The notes: generated by a model from the sequence alone, not told the origin. A DNA stretch of 64,000 nt from the human T2T-CHM13v2.0 reference genome, Homo sapiens (GCF_009914755.1 NC_060925.1), one strand, 5' to 3'. Counted from the first letter of the stretch, positions 43,984 to 61,135 are shown. Program-made: numbers and translations.

Positions 43984-45273
43984 AGATAATTCATTCATAA
44001 TCTCACTGAACAAATAATAAATGAGTGCTCACTATGTTTTATATACCCTTCTAGGTGTTAGGGATAGAATGAGATGATGAGTGCAGGGGAGATAGGACAA
44101 GGGTTTGAGAGTAAGGTTAGAAGGGAGTGAGGCTAGTGAGTGAGTCCAAATTTATTGTCAGTATAGTCATGGGATGAGAGTTGAAGGGCCAAGAGTGGGT
44201 GTGAGGCTGAATAAAGATAGCATAGGAATGGAAATCTTCCGTTTCTGTTAACTACCTACGTTGAAGATTCCATCCATTGCATCTGGCATTGTGATTAATG
44301 TTATTAAGCAACCACTGAATATTATAGAAACTCAAGCCATTCATTTCACAGATAGTCATTAAGTGCCTAATCTGTCCTAGATTTTGCTCTAGATTGGCGG
44401 GGGGTGCACAAAAAGAAATAGCAATTTTGTGCTTTCAAGGATTGGGCTTTGAGCTTAGGGCTAGTGGAGTCCTAAACAGGCACAAACCCGAATAATTACA
44501 ATAATTTGACCAAGTACTAATGTAACAGTGTATGACATTACCCTGTAAAGCCAGGTTGAGCCTGGTCAGGGTGCCCCTGAGGGAGAATTACATAGATATG
44601 GAAGGGTTTTCAGGTTGTGGCAGAAAGGGTTTCATTACTATTTTAATCAAAATCAAGAAAACCAGTTAGCAGCTTATGAGAAGCAAGGAGATTAGGAGCT
44701 AGGAATATAGTCAAATAATTTTTTTACAGTAGCCAGAGCTGGCTAGAGATAAAATGAAGTGAGGTGGCTGGGAAGGACAGTTTGGGGGCTAGTTTTGGAA
44801 ATTAACCTCTTGAACTGATGGTCAAAGGGAATAATCTGTGCCAGCCACCAGGGTGGAAGTGATAACTGTTCAGAAAGAATGAGGAGGGCTTCAGCAAGGA
44901 GTTGAAGTCTGAGTTGAATAGGGGTTTTACGGATGCTTATAGCATATGTAGAGGCTTGTCATGTTTAGAGGGATAGTGGGCTGGCTGAAAAACTATTTTG
45001 AGATTGTAGGCTAAGGAAACTTAGTAATTTCACAAGAAAAATAGATCTGTAACTTCTCCCACCAGACCGTAAAGTCCATAAACTTATTTGTATTTGAAGT
45101 CACCATATTCAGCATTTTCAGGCATGTAGGAGACGTGTTTGTTGAAAAAAAATTTTTTTATTTGCTCAGTGATGTTTTTCCTATCTGTTATTCTTCTAGC
45201 CTTTTCTTTTATTGAACTAAGAAGCAACTGGTTTTTTAATTAAGTATAGTACCTTGAAAAGCCGTTTGAATGA

Positions 45274-45580
<307 letters not shown>

Positions 45581-46969
45581 TGAAATGTCATTTATAACCT
45601 TACTCTGAATTTTTAGAGTTACATACTTATACCTGTTACTAAAAGGAATCAACCGGGAGCAGTAGGTACTCCTATTGGAAATAGAATGGACTTACTCCTA
45701 TGATCTTTAGTTGTAGATACTCACAATTCTTTTTTCTTTCCTGTTGTAAATGAAAGGTGAGAATAAGTTAGCAAAAAAATCAATTTTATTTGCTGATCAA
45801 GCTTTCAGCCTGCCATGAGGGAGGGGCTGTCTGTGCCTATTCTAGTCATATGTTCCTATATGTCTGATAATGGGGGCCCGTAGAAGAGAGAGTCTTGGTC
45901 TAGCACTGACTAAAAGGTTATCTAAAAATAGTGCCATACTGGGACTTGGCTGTCCAGACCTCTGGAAGAGGGACTATACTCTAATTATAATCCTGTTATT
46001 AAAAATTTTAAGATTTCTATATAGAAACCAGTATTTAAAAGGAAGAGGAGATGTTTCAGGTACCCCTGGAATAACTGCTATCTCAGGTGGTAGTGGTGCA
46101 GAGAGACCTGTGAGGAAGGTTCAAGGAAAAGCTATAGAGGTATAAATGGTTGAAAAGGAGAGGCGATAGTAGACAGGAATATCTGGGGCTGAAAATACAT
46201 TTAAGGAAGAGAATATTTTTGTTCTTCAGGATAGGGTGAAGAAAACGACTAATGCTCTGATATATTATAGTTTGCTGTAACTTTTAGGTTATAAGTTGCA
46301 GTTTAAGTGTGTGAATTCAGATTCTATCTAGGATTTTATTATTATGAAACCACTGCTAAATAGTTACACCATTTTTACTGGAATTTTGAACCAACATCAG
46401 TATCCAAGTTGTTATTACTAAATAAAACTTTGCGAGGCCTTAACGTTACTTGGTGATATTCTCAACATTGGAAATGGCATTCATAAATAATAGCTAGCTA
46501 ACATTTATGGAACATTTACTATGTGCCAGGCACTGTTTTAAGCATTTTTTATTGACCCCCATTCAGATGAGGAAATTCATTGTGCTTGAAGGCACAGAAA
46601 TAGAAATTCACATAGTATACTCATGTACTTTCTTTGGACTGGCTTTAGTCAAATGAAAGAGAAAAAAGAGAAGGACTCAGGGGATAGTGTTTTTTTTTTT
46701 TTTTGAGAATTAGCCATCTGTCAGGGTTAATTTTTAAAATCAGTCTGTATGTGAGCTGAATGAGTTTGCTCATATGTGATAATGGTTTATTTGTTTTAGC
46801 AGTTCCAAATTCCAATCACTTGGGGCCTTGTTTAAAAATTATCTTGCAAAGAAATTATCACCATCTCTCACTTTGCATACCCATAATGTAATATATGTTA
46901 TTGAGGGGTGGAGAGCATATGCTCTGGTACCTGCTCAGAGATCTTTTTAAAAATACAATTAAGAACATG

Positions 46970-47287
46970 TGTCTGGGTGCAGTGGCTCGCCCCTGTAATA
47001 CCAGCACTTTGGGAGGTGAGGCGGGAGGATTGCTTGATCTCAGGAGTTTGAGCCCAGCCTGGGCAACATAGTGAGACTTCATCTCTACTAAAAATAAAAA
47101 AAAATTAGCCAGGCATGGTGGTGTGCCCCTGTAGTCCCAGCTACTCCCAGCTACTCAGGAGGCTGAGGGAGGAGGATTGCTTGAGCCTGGGAGATTGAGA
47201 CTACAGTGAGCTGTGATTACGCCACTACGCTCCAGCCTGGGTGACAGAGCAAGACTCTGTCTCAAAACAAAAAACAAACAAACAAAA
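46970..47287 (+). mobile_element. AluJ
   Basis: Full Alu with internal cccagctact duplication. Confidence 0.9.
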
Positions 47288-47401
47288 CCCCATGTTTAGG
47301 TAAATACAGTGATTCTACATTAGAGTACATATTGGTGAATTTTTTTTTTGGTCTAACAGTGTTGATGATTATGTATCCAAACTGTAGATAAACACAGATG
47401 A

Positions 47402-47710
47402 TTTTCTTTTTCTTTTTGCCAGAACAAGGTCTTGCTCTGTGCCCAGGTTTGAGTGCAGTAGCACAGTTGTAACTCACTGCAACCTTGAACTCCTGGGCTC
47501 AAGAGATTTTCCCAAGTAGCTGGGATTACAGGTGTGTGCTACCAGGCCCAGCTAATTTTTTGTGTTATTCTTGTTGTTTGTTTTTTTTTGGTAGAGATGA
47601 GGTTTGCCTATGTTGCCTAGGCTGGTCTTGAACTCATGGCCTCAAGTGATCCTCCTGCCTTGGCCTCCCAGAGTGATGGGATTATAGGTGTGAACCAACC
47701 ATTCCCTGTC
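47402..47710 (-). mobile_element. AluJ
   Basis: Diverged reverse Alu. Confidence 0.88.
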
Positions 47711-50353
47711 CCCAGATAGTTTTCTAAATTAATCCTCTCCCTTTATTCTCTGCAGATTGCCTTGCCTCTTTTATTGAGAATGAAACTAACATGGCTTCCT
47801 TCCTCCTTTTATTCTCAAAAATCTCCGTGACTTCACCTCTCATCCTTTTCTCCTACTTATATAGGATATCCTTTAAAGGATAAAGCTTCTGTGTTGAACG
47901 GATCCTATTGCCTCCTGTTTCTGGGACCTTTCCAACTTTTTCTCCCCTGTGTATCCTAACCCCCTGCATAGTTCCATCCCTTCTGCATACAGAGTCCTCT
48001 TCAGTTCCTCCCTTTTGAAGCCATAGCTGCTGTCTTTGCAGTATCCTTTGCATCTTCCCATTCTTTGTATTTCAACTATTACTTCCCTGGTGTATTGAAG
48101 ATGGGCAACTGAATCTCTCCTTAAACTTGTGATACATTTTTGAAAAAAGATAGATAAAAGATGCAGATAAAATTAGGAAGTTCTGAACACCACATGTGTT
48201 GTGGAGTAGGGAGATGGAACATAGGAAGCAGCTTGGGGAAAACGCAACAATGAGATGTTATGAAAAGGGAGCTTACTGCTAGAACAATGGAGCACAGAGA
48301 GTTGAGGTAAAAGTGAAGAGCCCAGACCTAATAAGAAAGGGTTATAGAAAGTGTTTCAATAATTTGGAGAATTATTAGATAAACTGATGGTTTTAAAAAT
48401 AGTGCCCCTGAGATGGAACTGGAAGCTCAGGAGAAGATATTAGTGTGATAATAAAGGGAAAGGCAAACTGACATTTTCTCAGGGAGCCTTGGAAAAATGT
48501 GAGAGAGGTAGGGCAACAGAGGGTTTTTTGTTTTTTTTTTTAATCAGCGCATCCATAGGGTAGGATTAATGAGATAGGTAGAAATTGATTCTGAGATTAA
48601 TGGATTTATTATTTCATTCAAGATAATCTCACATGAATGATGGAAATGTGGTTTTCAATATATAAAAGAATGGTACACATTAATTCATTAATCTCAACTT
48701 TTCTTAATTTAGTAGCTCTTGTTACTATGGATAATCTGGGAATTCTGTCTTTTAAGCAATTTAAAATATAACTGGTATGCATTTGTATTTTCTTCCCAGA
48801 GTAGAATCATTGGATTTTTTAGATATGAATGAGAGGATTCACCTTTTTATAACAGCATCCTAAGAAAGTCACTATGTGCTATTTGAGTATTAACTATTTA
48901 GTACTACCCCTGATTATCGATTATGTAATAAGACAAGATCATATATAAATGTACCTTTTGATTCTGTAAGAATGTAGTTGTCTAGAATTTTTATATTTGG
49001 ATTTTAATTAACTTTTGGTTAGTAAAGTTGAGAAATATTTAGTAAAGAATCATGGTTACTAAATATTATTCATTGTTTAGTAATATTTATTTGAGTAGAT
49101 AATTTATGTCATGACCAGTTTAAGGCCCTGGGAATGCAGGGATGAATAAGCCTTCATGGAGCTTATATTTTAGTGGGGAAGATAAGAAATGAGCTAATCT
49201 GTCATGTGAAGAAGTGGTAAGTGCTATGAAAAAATATAACACAGAATAAGGGGAGAGACTGTGACGGGGTGGGAGCTATTTAGATAGATTAGTCAGAAAA
49301 GGCTGTTCCTGTGAGGAAGAAAATCTTGCAAAACTTATTTCAGGTAACAGTAAACGCAAAGACAGGAAAGACAGAGTCAGGACCTAACTCAGTAAGAACC
49401 GGTTTGGTATGTTGGAGGAAAAGCAAGAATGCTGGTCTGACAAGAGCTGTGAGGACAAAGTGGAGAGTAACAAGAGATGAGGGTGAAGAGGTAGGCAGGG
49501 GCCAGAGCATATTGCACCATAATGCCCATGGATTTTGAGTATAATTGAAGATCGTGTGACAAGATCTAATTTACATTTTACAAAGTTTATTCCACCTACT
49601 GACTGGCAAACTGGCTTTAGAAAAGGCAAGGTCTGAAGCACTGAACTATTTAGGAAGCTTTTGCAGTGATCTAGGCCTATGGTTTCCAATGTTCAGGAAC
49701 AAACTGTTAAAACTATTATATTAACTATTTATATTGCTTTATTTAAAAAAATTAAGCTTTACTAATATTTAATATACAGATTGGCACTGGCATCCTTGTC
49801 TTATCTGCACGTTAGTCACATGTCATTTAACATTTTTGGCTTGAGCAACTGGTGAATGTTGGTGCCATTTACTGGAATGAGAAGACTGAGGGAGGAGCAG
49901 GGTTTGTTTTGAGGTGAGAGTGAGTTGGGGAATCAGTATCTCAGTTTTGAGCATTTTAGGTTTGTGAAATCTAAATACCTACTAGAAATCTAATATCAGG
50001 TAGATGGTTTAGATATATGAATCTGGAGCCAAGGTTAGAAGCCAAGATTAGAGATCTAAATTTGGAAATCATTAGTATAGAGACAGTATACACCAGCTTT
50101 GGAGCCAAACTGTGAATGCAAATTTCAGTTCTGCCACTTACTAACTGTGTAATTATAGGCAAGTTACTTGACATCTGTCTGCATCATTTATCTCATCTGT
50201 AAAATGGGGGTAATAATGTCTACCTCATAGGGTTATTGTGAGGATTAAATTAGTTATTACAAACAAAGTGATTAGAACAGTGTGGCCGAGGGTACTCACT
50301 AGATGTTAACTGTTAGGATCAGTTTTTGAATAGTGTTTAAGCCATGAGATTAG

Positions 50354-50733
<380 letters not shown>

Positions 50734-50743
50734 TCAGAAACTG

Positions 50744-51046
<303 letters not shown>

Positions 51047-52454
51047 AATTCAGAAACTGGAGAGAGGAGATTGAGGAGTGAAGTAGGAATCAAACCTGAA
51101 GGGTATGTTGGCTAGAAGCCTGCCTAGTGAAGAAAATATTTCAACTTAGACAAATTCTGCTTGAGAGGCTAAGATGAGCACCAAGAATTGACCAACTGGG
51201 TTTGTCAAGATGGAAGTTTTTGGAGACCTTGAGAAGTAGTTTTATTAGAGTGGTGGGGATGAAAGCCTGATTAGCATAGCTGAAGGACAGAATTGGATGT
51301 ACGAAATTGGAGGCACTGAGTATAGATGGCACATTAGAGGAGTTTTGCTGCAAAGAGGGATAGAGAAAATGGTGTGGTAGCTAGAAGAAAATGTGTGGGG
51401 TCAAGGAAAGTTAGGGGTGTGTATGTGTGTTGATTTAAAGATGGAAAATAGTATAGTAAGTTTGCATGCTGATGAGAATGACCCAGTGGAAAGAAAAAAC
51501 TGATCATATTTGAGATGTGGAAAATATCATGGGAAATTGCAGCAGCCATGACCTTGAGTAGGTAAAATGAAGGTGCATAAGGGGAGAAGTTGATTTTAAA
51601 ACATTGGCAGAGACTTTTCATCCATTGATGAAGGTAGAGAATATTAATGGAGGTACAGATAGACTGGTAGATGTCGTTGTGGGAAAATGTAGTTTTTTCT
51701 GATTGCTTTAATTTTTATGGAAAAGTAGGGTAGGATCATCAGTTGAGAGTCAGAATTGGGAGGGGGTTTATAAAATTTGAGAGAGAGGAGGTGGTGTGAT
51801 ATAGGCATCTTGGAAGATAGGAAAATGAGTTGACTAGGGAAGATCTAGCAGGTGGATTTGTCAAGGAGGTCAGAAGGCTAGCTTGACATTTGTGGTCATT
51901 TGTTTAAAGTGATTCCAGCTGGCTAAGGAGGGCAGGGTGGTCTTGAGATGACATATGGTGAGAAATTGATAGGAACAATGCCTTTTCTGCTTCTATTTGA
52001 AACATCTTTAGTCCTGTGACTGGTAGTATTGCTCTCAGAACATTTCTGTGGTATAGGCAGGCAGCAACAGAGGAATTAATAAAAATGAATAGACCAAAAA
52101 ATAATGATTTCATTTTTGCCCATGTTCAGTGTTTATATCATGTTTTATGTAGTGAATGAGTTCCTCCAAAAGTTTATGTTGCCATCTGTCCTTGGATATG
52201 CCTATTTTACACAAATGATACCAAGCAAGCCCTAGGACACTTTCAATAAATTATACTTGGTTGCTGAGTTATGTAAAGAAAGCAAAATGCTGTAGTGGAG
52301 AAGCTCCATACATTTTCTTGATAGACATGAAAGCCTCACCAAAATTTTCCCTAGGACCCGTGGTTTTCATCAATCTAGAGTTATCATTCATGTTGATATT
52401 ATACTTTTATGTTGATTACCGAGAAATTCAAAGTCTGGTTTTCTTTTCTTACAG

Positions 52455-52497
52455 GTGCTGGAGAATCTGGTAAAAGCACCATTGTGAAACAGATGAA
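52455..52497 (+). CDS. GNAI3: G protein alpha-i3, exon 2 (43 nt)
   Basis: ttcttacag|GTGCTGGAGAATCTGGTAAAAGC...ATGAA|gtaagt; encodes P-loop (G)AGESGKSTIVKQM(K). Confidence 0.97.
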
Positions 52498-52613
52498 GTA
52501 AGTTGGAATGTAGCGTTTTGTTAGACTAGGATTTCTCCTAATGCATATAAAGTCCATAGTATCTTTTCATTTTAGGTCCATGGTATTGACTTGTGGTTTT
52601 CTTTGTTTTAAAG

Positions 52614-52755
52614 AATCATTCATGAGGATGGCTATTCAGAGGATGAATGTAAACAATATAAAGTAGTTGTCTACAGCAATACTATACAGTCCATCATTGC
52701 AATCATAAGAGCCATGGGACGGCTAAAGATTGACTTTGGGGAAGCTGCCAGGGCA
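52614..52755 (+). CDS. GNAI3: G protein alpha-i3, exon 3 (142 nt)
   Basis: ttttaaag|AATCATT...AGGGCA|gtaagt; [47 protein letters not shown]; frame continuous with exon 2. Confidence 0.97.
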
Positions 52756-54252
52756 GTAAGTGTTTCTCATTTCCTCTTCACTTGCTCTTATTCAGCAGAT
52801 ACAGTTAAGTTAAGCAAAATTTTTGCTTCATGTTTTAGGGAAATGAATTTAAGCAACAAGATAAAATGTAGCAAAGTACTTTGTGCTCACTTGAGAAATG
52901 TTAGCAATCTACTTTAGCAGGTGTTAGATATAACCACCCCAAGAGGAGCCTAGGAAATGGGATTCTGTGGGTGCACGGTAGGTTTCTGGGATAACTGTTC
53001 TATTCAATTGCTTTTTTTTTTTTTTTAACAGCACTGTTGACTTTTATAGTAGTAGATAATAGTACATTAAAATAATCTAAGAGAAAGGTTGCCATGATAT
53101 GTAGCTCTGCTTTCTGAGGTGTACAGATTAAAGGCCAAAATCAGTCTCCCAGAATAAATTCTGTAAGGACATGAGCACTAAGTCCAAATTCTTGAATATC
53201 TAAGTCAGATATTCAAGAATACTGTATACTACATGGAACCTAAGGCTATAGAATTGGAGTATAACATGCCCTAGTATAATTCTTTAATGCCTTGCACATG
53301 TCAGCTATTTAAAAAGTTGTATTATTATAATAATACTTAGTGGACCCTGAAGATCTAGTTTATAAAATTAGAGCATGTGTAATTAGGATGTTTTATGCCA
53401 TTGGGGAGGGTGCCAATATGAAGGCAGGAGATCTTTGATATTATTATCAGCTAAAATCCAGAGAAGGCTGGGAAATTATAGAATTATTTCCTACATCTAA
53501 GGGACTCACTGGCTGTGTTCAGAGTGTCATACTTATGTGCCATGGCGAAATAAAAGGAAATGATTTGGGAGGTCTGCCTGGAAAGGCAAAACCTATATGT
53601 CTATGAAGTTGCTTAGGAACTCTCATAAGCCACTCCCAACTTATCAAATGCGAATTTATATTTGATAAAAAGATAGGAAATTGTTGAGGGGAAATACTGA
53701 AAGGGTAGTCACAGTTGGATAGTGTTAGACTAGAAAGTGTCTTAGAAATGGCATAAAGGAAGAGGAGCTGGATTAGGGATTGTGAAATGAGAGACTTGTA
53801 TCAAAAAATAAGAAAATATGTGAATGTGACTTTTATATTTTTGTGAAATATATCACAGAGACTATTTTTCTATGCATCTGAGCAGGGAAGTTTGGCAGTC
53901 AAGCAAAAATAAAGCCTTTATCCTTGTCTTACCCTTTCCTATTCCTTCTCTCACCCCCTGCTTTTGTTTCCTTCTTTTCCTCTTTTTCTTCTTTATACCA
54001 GCTCTATCTGTGGTCTTATTTTTTCTTCCTCCCTTTTCTCATTTCTCCCTATCACCTAACTCTACTTCTCTGTTGTATTTGTTGTATCTGGTAACTGGTC
54101 AGTAGTACTGTATTTATTCTCTTCCTTCTCTCTGTTGGTTTTTTCTCTGTCTCAGTTATTTATTCTTTTAGTTTGTCCCTTTTCTCTTTCCCTCTTTAAT
54201 TTTATTCCCCGCCGTCTGTCTTCCTTTATTTATCTCCCTACCCTTTCATTTC

Positions 54253-54547
54253 TTTTTTTTTTTTTTTTTTTTTTTTTGGAGACGGACTCTCGCCCTGTCG
54301 CCCAGGCTGGAATGCAATGGCTGGCTGCAGCCTCTGCCTCCCAGGTTCAAGCGATTCTCCTGTCTCAGCCTCCTGAGTATCTGAGATTACAGGCGCGCAC
54401 CTCCACGCCCAGCTAATTTTTGTATTTTTAGTAGAGATGGAGTTTCACCATGTTGGCCAGGCTGGTCTCGAACTCCTGACCTTGTGATCCGCCCGCCTCG
54501 GCCTCCCAAAGTGCTGGGATTATAGGCGTGAGCCACCGCTCCCGGCC
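54253..54547 (-). mobile_element. AluS
   Basis: Reverse Alu with long poly-T. Confidence 0.93.
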
Positions 54548-54782
54548 CCATTTCTTTCCATTATCAAATCAATTGTCATTAATCTTTGTATCCTAATACT
54601 CTTGTGTCACCAGATGCAGTTGACATCATTAGTCCCTCTCAGGCCTCCTAAATCATCCAGCTTTCTGGTGTCCACACAACCTAGTCTGTAATCCTATATT
54701 ATAATTTTTAAACATTGCTTTTTATTTTTCCTTCTGTGTGTAAGGTTTTATGTTTATAGCTCCTCTCTTATTGTCTTCTAGT

Positions 54783-55085
<303 letters not shown>

Positions 55086-55155
55086 TTCTACTCTAGTTTT
55101 TTATAGTTGGTTAGAGAGTGTGAATGGAAAAAAAATAGAGCTGAGTGTGGAATAG

Positions 55156-55555
<400 letters not shown>

Positions 55556-55978
55556 TAGACCTTTAGAGAGGGTTTATTGTGGGGAAGCAAGAGCAGGTCA
55601 GTGGAAGAAATTAAGTGATAAGAAAAAAGTGTTTGCTCCTAAAAGAATATTTAAAGAGTCAGGACAGCAAAAAAAGTAGTAATAATTCCCTCTCTTTTGA
55701 AGTTTCTAAAATTAGAGTCATGGTTTTTTTCTGTTTTTTTTTTTTTTAAAGTAGTGCTTAATAAGGTTATTTGAATACGTGCATGGGTATAGGTCAAATT
55801 TCAGAACCAGGGGATTATGAAGACTTCACATGTTAGATAAAGCACCATACCTTGCATATGTACAAGGACATGCTCACTGCTGAGTATGTTTGCCAATTTG
55901 TCTAATATTTCAACTTTTCTCATTCATTTGTTTAAAATTTTATCTTTGAAAAGAAAGGGAGGGGCATATAGATCTTAG

Positions 55979-56291
<313 letters not shown>

Positions 56292-56318
56292 AGCTAAGGT
56301 GTCTTAGAGTTGAGCCTA

Positions 56319-56373
56319 GTCTACCGCCATGCCACCCTGAATGCGCCTGATCTCAGAAGCTAAATGAGAGTGG
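56319..56373 (+). pseudogene. 5S rRNA retropseudogene fragment (5' portion, tailless)
   Basis: GTCTACCGCCATGCCACCCTGAATGCGCCTGATCTC-AGAAGCTAA versus 5S GTCTACGGCCATACCACCCTGAACGCGCCCGATCTC(GTCTGATCTC)GGAAGCTAA; flanked by GTTGAGCCTA direct repeats. Confidence 0.85.
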
Positions 56374-56905
56374 GTTGAGCCTAAATATTACTAGAAAGAA
56401 TACAGGAAAGGATCATAAAGGAGGAAATATTACTAGGTAAAAACCATTAGAGCTGGAGACCCAGAGTTTGGCAAAAATAATTTGAGTGCACCATGGATGG
56501 TTTTGTTTTGCTAAGGTGGATGCACAAGTTCTGGTAATTCACAAGTCTTTGGAGTTTTAGGTTGTGAGTTCACCTGTGGTCTGAAATGACTTTTGCTTGT
56601 TAGTTTATTTGTCTTGATGACTACTTAAGATACAAATGATTGCTCCCCTTTCTCCTTTACTTTTTCTTTACACGTTATATACTTTTTAAATTTTTTATTT
56701 TTATAGTTATTTGGAATCTCTCAAGGTAGATAAATATTAGATGTGGATGGGAAAATCATCCCGTGAGACCTGTGTTTAATTTTAAACCAACAAGTAGGGA
56801 TGGATAGAATAAAGGAAAACAATAAAAATCTCATAATCCATTTCTGTCCTCTCCCTCACATATTTTATGTTTAAAAACTATAACCACCTAGAAAACTATG
56901 GCTAT

Positions 56906-57220
<315 letters not shown>

Positions 57221-57853
57221 GAAAACCATGGCTATGACTCATGAAGTTATGGTTACTTTCTTTTCCTCCTGCTCCCTTCCTTTCCCTCTCTCAGAACATT
57301 ATTATTATTCCTTATTCCTTTAGGGAAATCTAGGGACTGTTTGAATCTTTCCCTGAGGGATTTATTTCCCCCATTAGGCTTCTAGACCTTAAGTGCCTCC
57401 ATCTCCTCTTCTTGTTCTACTGTCTGGGCTGAAGGCAAAGAAGAGAATACTTTTTTCTTAAACTTGATTAATGTTTTACTCCCTTTGAGGTGTTTAGACT
57501 TTACCTCTTATGTGCTAGTCTTTTTATTTCTATTTTTAGTGTAGGCTTCCTTTAATAGAACGGGAATGTTTTACATAATCCTGTCTCATAAACCAGTTTT
57601 TTTCTCTCAAAAATTATTAGCAATCTGGATGGAGATTTGTGGGCTGGCCAGAAATGATCTTTTCTGGGGATGGTGGTGTGTGGAGGAGTGGTGGGGAAGT
57701 AAAATCATTCCTCAGCTCAGTTCTGGACTTAAAACTGTAGTGAAATGAGAATAAGGAAAGACTTAATTATAAATTCTGTCATGCTGGCCTGTCAGAAAAG
57801 GTCTCTGTAACAACACCTCTTTTAACATAACATGTAATGTGTCTATATTTTAA

Positions 57854-58077
<224 letters not shown>

Positions 58078-58703
58078 GTAAGTAATTTTTCTCTGTGAAA
58101 CTATAACAGAGAATAACTTGGTGACACTACAGAAATTTTAGTCCCCACTTAAGGAAATGTTTAAGTAATAGACACTCTTAGACGTTTATAGGATACTTTA
58201 TAAAAATTGTCTAAGTTTAGGATTATAGAGCCCTTGGTCATTTGTATGATTTGGAGAAAAAAGTTCCCTCTTGGAATGTAAATGGGAGACTTGGCACCAC
58301 AAAATTAGTTCCATGGCATTTTATTATAAGCAAGTGAAGGAGGAGAGACATCTGTTGTGGCTGGGTTCTGAATCTGTTCCAACTCATAAGTTCCCTCTGT
58401 GTAAGGGCTTGGCACTGATAGCCAGCTAGAGAGGGAAATTAGAATAGTGGTATTCCTTTTTATGCAGCCAGCTCTCTGTGTCTGGGCCGCACTATGGACT
58501 TCACTAGTAACCCTTTTGCCAGATCACAGTAGTAGACTTTGTATAGAAAGAGAAGGTTGAGTCATGGAATGAAGTTGAAGTATCTTTTTGTCAAGGATAT
58601 TATCTTGAGTGTTAATATAGTTTTAGAGAATTTGTAATGAATACTTATATTAAGCTATTACATGTTATCCTATTTTACCTCTTTTACATATACTTATTTA
58701 TGA

Positions 58704-59014
<311 letters not shown>

Positions 59015-59194
59015 GGAATGTATTTTTTTTTAATGTACTTTTGCGGGGCCTGGTGAGCACTTGTTATCTGTATTTCTCTCTGTACTGGATGAGGGCACGT
59101 TTAAGCATTAAAGTTTTTTCTCCAATATTACTGTTTTCCTACTTTTCACGTCATGATTCTAGCTTAAATTGTTACAAGAAGAAATTAAATGATA

Positions 59195-59576
59195 TAGTCA
59201 GGCTGTGCATAAGGACAGGGATACTTTCTGAAAAATGCATCATTAGGTGATTTGTCATTGTGTGAACATTGTAGAGTATGCGTACACAGAATTAGATGGT
59301 ATAGCCTACTACACACCTAAGCTATATGGTATAGCCTGTTGCTCCTAGGCTATGAACCTGTACAGCATGTTATTGTACTAAATACTGTAGGCAATTGTAA
59401 CATAATGGTAAGTATTTGTGTATCTCAGCATCTCTAAACATATAAAAGGGTAATGCAATGGCTATGATGTCACTGGGGCTAGGAGTGTTTCAGCTCCATT
59501 ATAATCTTACAGGATCACTAGCATACATTTATACAGTCTGTTGTTGACCAAAACATTGTTATGCAGCACATGACTG
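59195..59576 (-). mobile_element. Tigger3a/MER7-type MITE
   Basis: Ends (t)agtcaggctgtgcataaggac and gttatgcagcacatgactg are degenerate TIRs flanked by TA; body matches recalled consensus. Confidence 0.8.
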
Positions 59577-60321
59577 TATTTGAAAACTTGCTTATTCTTT
59601 CAATGAGAACTTGGCTTTAGAAACGTTTCAGGATTCTTGCCTACCTTTTAATAACATCTTAGTTGCAAGTATTGATAGCTTAAATAATTCTACCAGTGGT
59701 CATCAAAGGTAGATTATAATTGCTTTTTTTCATCTTTCATTCAGAAAGCTCTGAATCCTCTAACTACATGTGCTTATAGAGATTTTCATAACTGTTGATC
59801 TAAGCTTGCCTCTTTACATTAGTGATAGTATTTGGTTTTATAGATCATTAATGATTCACTTACATTGGTGCCATCTGCTCATCAGTTTTCTAGCCTGGAA
59901 TCAGCAAAGAATACAGTTTTGAAGCAGTCTTTTAATTATTTCCCTGAACAAATTAATTTTTTTGGAGGTATTTACAATTTGTTTTTGATTTAGATTAAAA
60001 AAAAAAACCCCAGACCTCCCCAGCTCTTCTGTTTACTGAAAGAAAACGGAAAATATTCTTACTCACTATAGTTCTCTCAATTTTAGTTAATCAAACACCA
60101 TTCTCTAATGTCCTGTCAAATGGTTAAACACGCATGACCTATTGAGTTTAATTGTCTGAGGACTTTTGGTATAGTTTGGTTTTGATATTATACAGTACAC
60201 AGTTGATTTAGTATTACATTTCAGGAATTTTTCTTTAATAAGAACATTTCCTGTTCCTATTGTTTTAATTTTTTAAATTGGCCTTCACAATTTAATTCTG
60301 TAGAATTAAACCTACTTTTGT

Positions 60322-60605
60322 GTCCGGGCGCGGTTGCTCACGCCTGTAATCCCAGCACTTTGGGAGGCCGAGACAGACGAATCACCTGAGGTCAGGAGTT
60401 TGAGACCAGCCTGGCCAACATGGTGAAACCCCATCTCTACTAAAAATACAAAAAATTAGCTGGGCGTAGTGGCGGGCACCTGTAATCCCAGCTGTTCAGG
60501 AGGCTGAGGCAGGAGAATCATTTGAACCCAGGAGGCGGAAGTTGCAGTGAGCCGAGTTCGCACCACTGCACTGCAGCCTGGGTGACAGAGTAAGACTCTG
60601 TCTCA

Positions 60606-60637
<32 letters not shown>

Positions 60638-60639
60638 AA
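60322..60639 (+). mobile_element. AluS
   Basis: Full Alu; TSD aaacctacttttgt. Confidence 0.95.
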
Positions 60640-60699
60640 CCTACTTTTGTTAATATATATAGACTCTATACTTTAATTGTCCTATGTTGGATTCATATT

Positions 60700-61031
<332 letters not shown>

Positions 61032-61135
61032 TGATTCTGTTTTGCCACTTAATAACTAGTAACAGGTTTAAAATAGGAACTAATTTAGTCTGTTCATTTG
61101 CTATGCACATGGTTGGCTTCACCAAGTAAAAGTAA

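Noticed and set aside
53930-54250. Long pyrimidine-rich tracts (also about 42930-43250)
   Set aside because: Low-complexity sequence with no mirror symmetry or exon evident.
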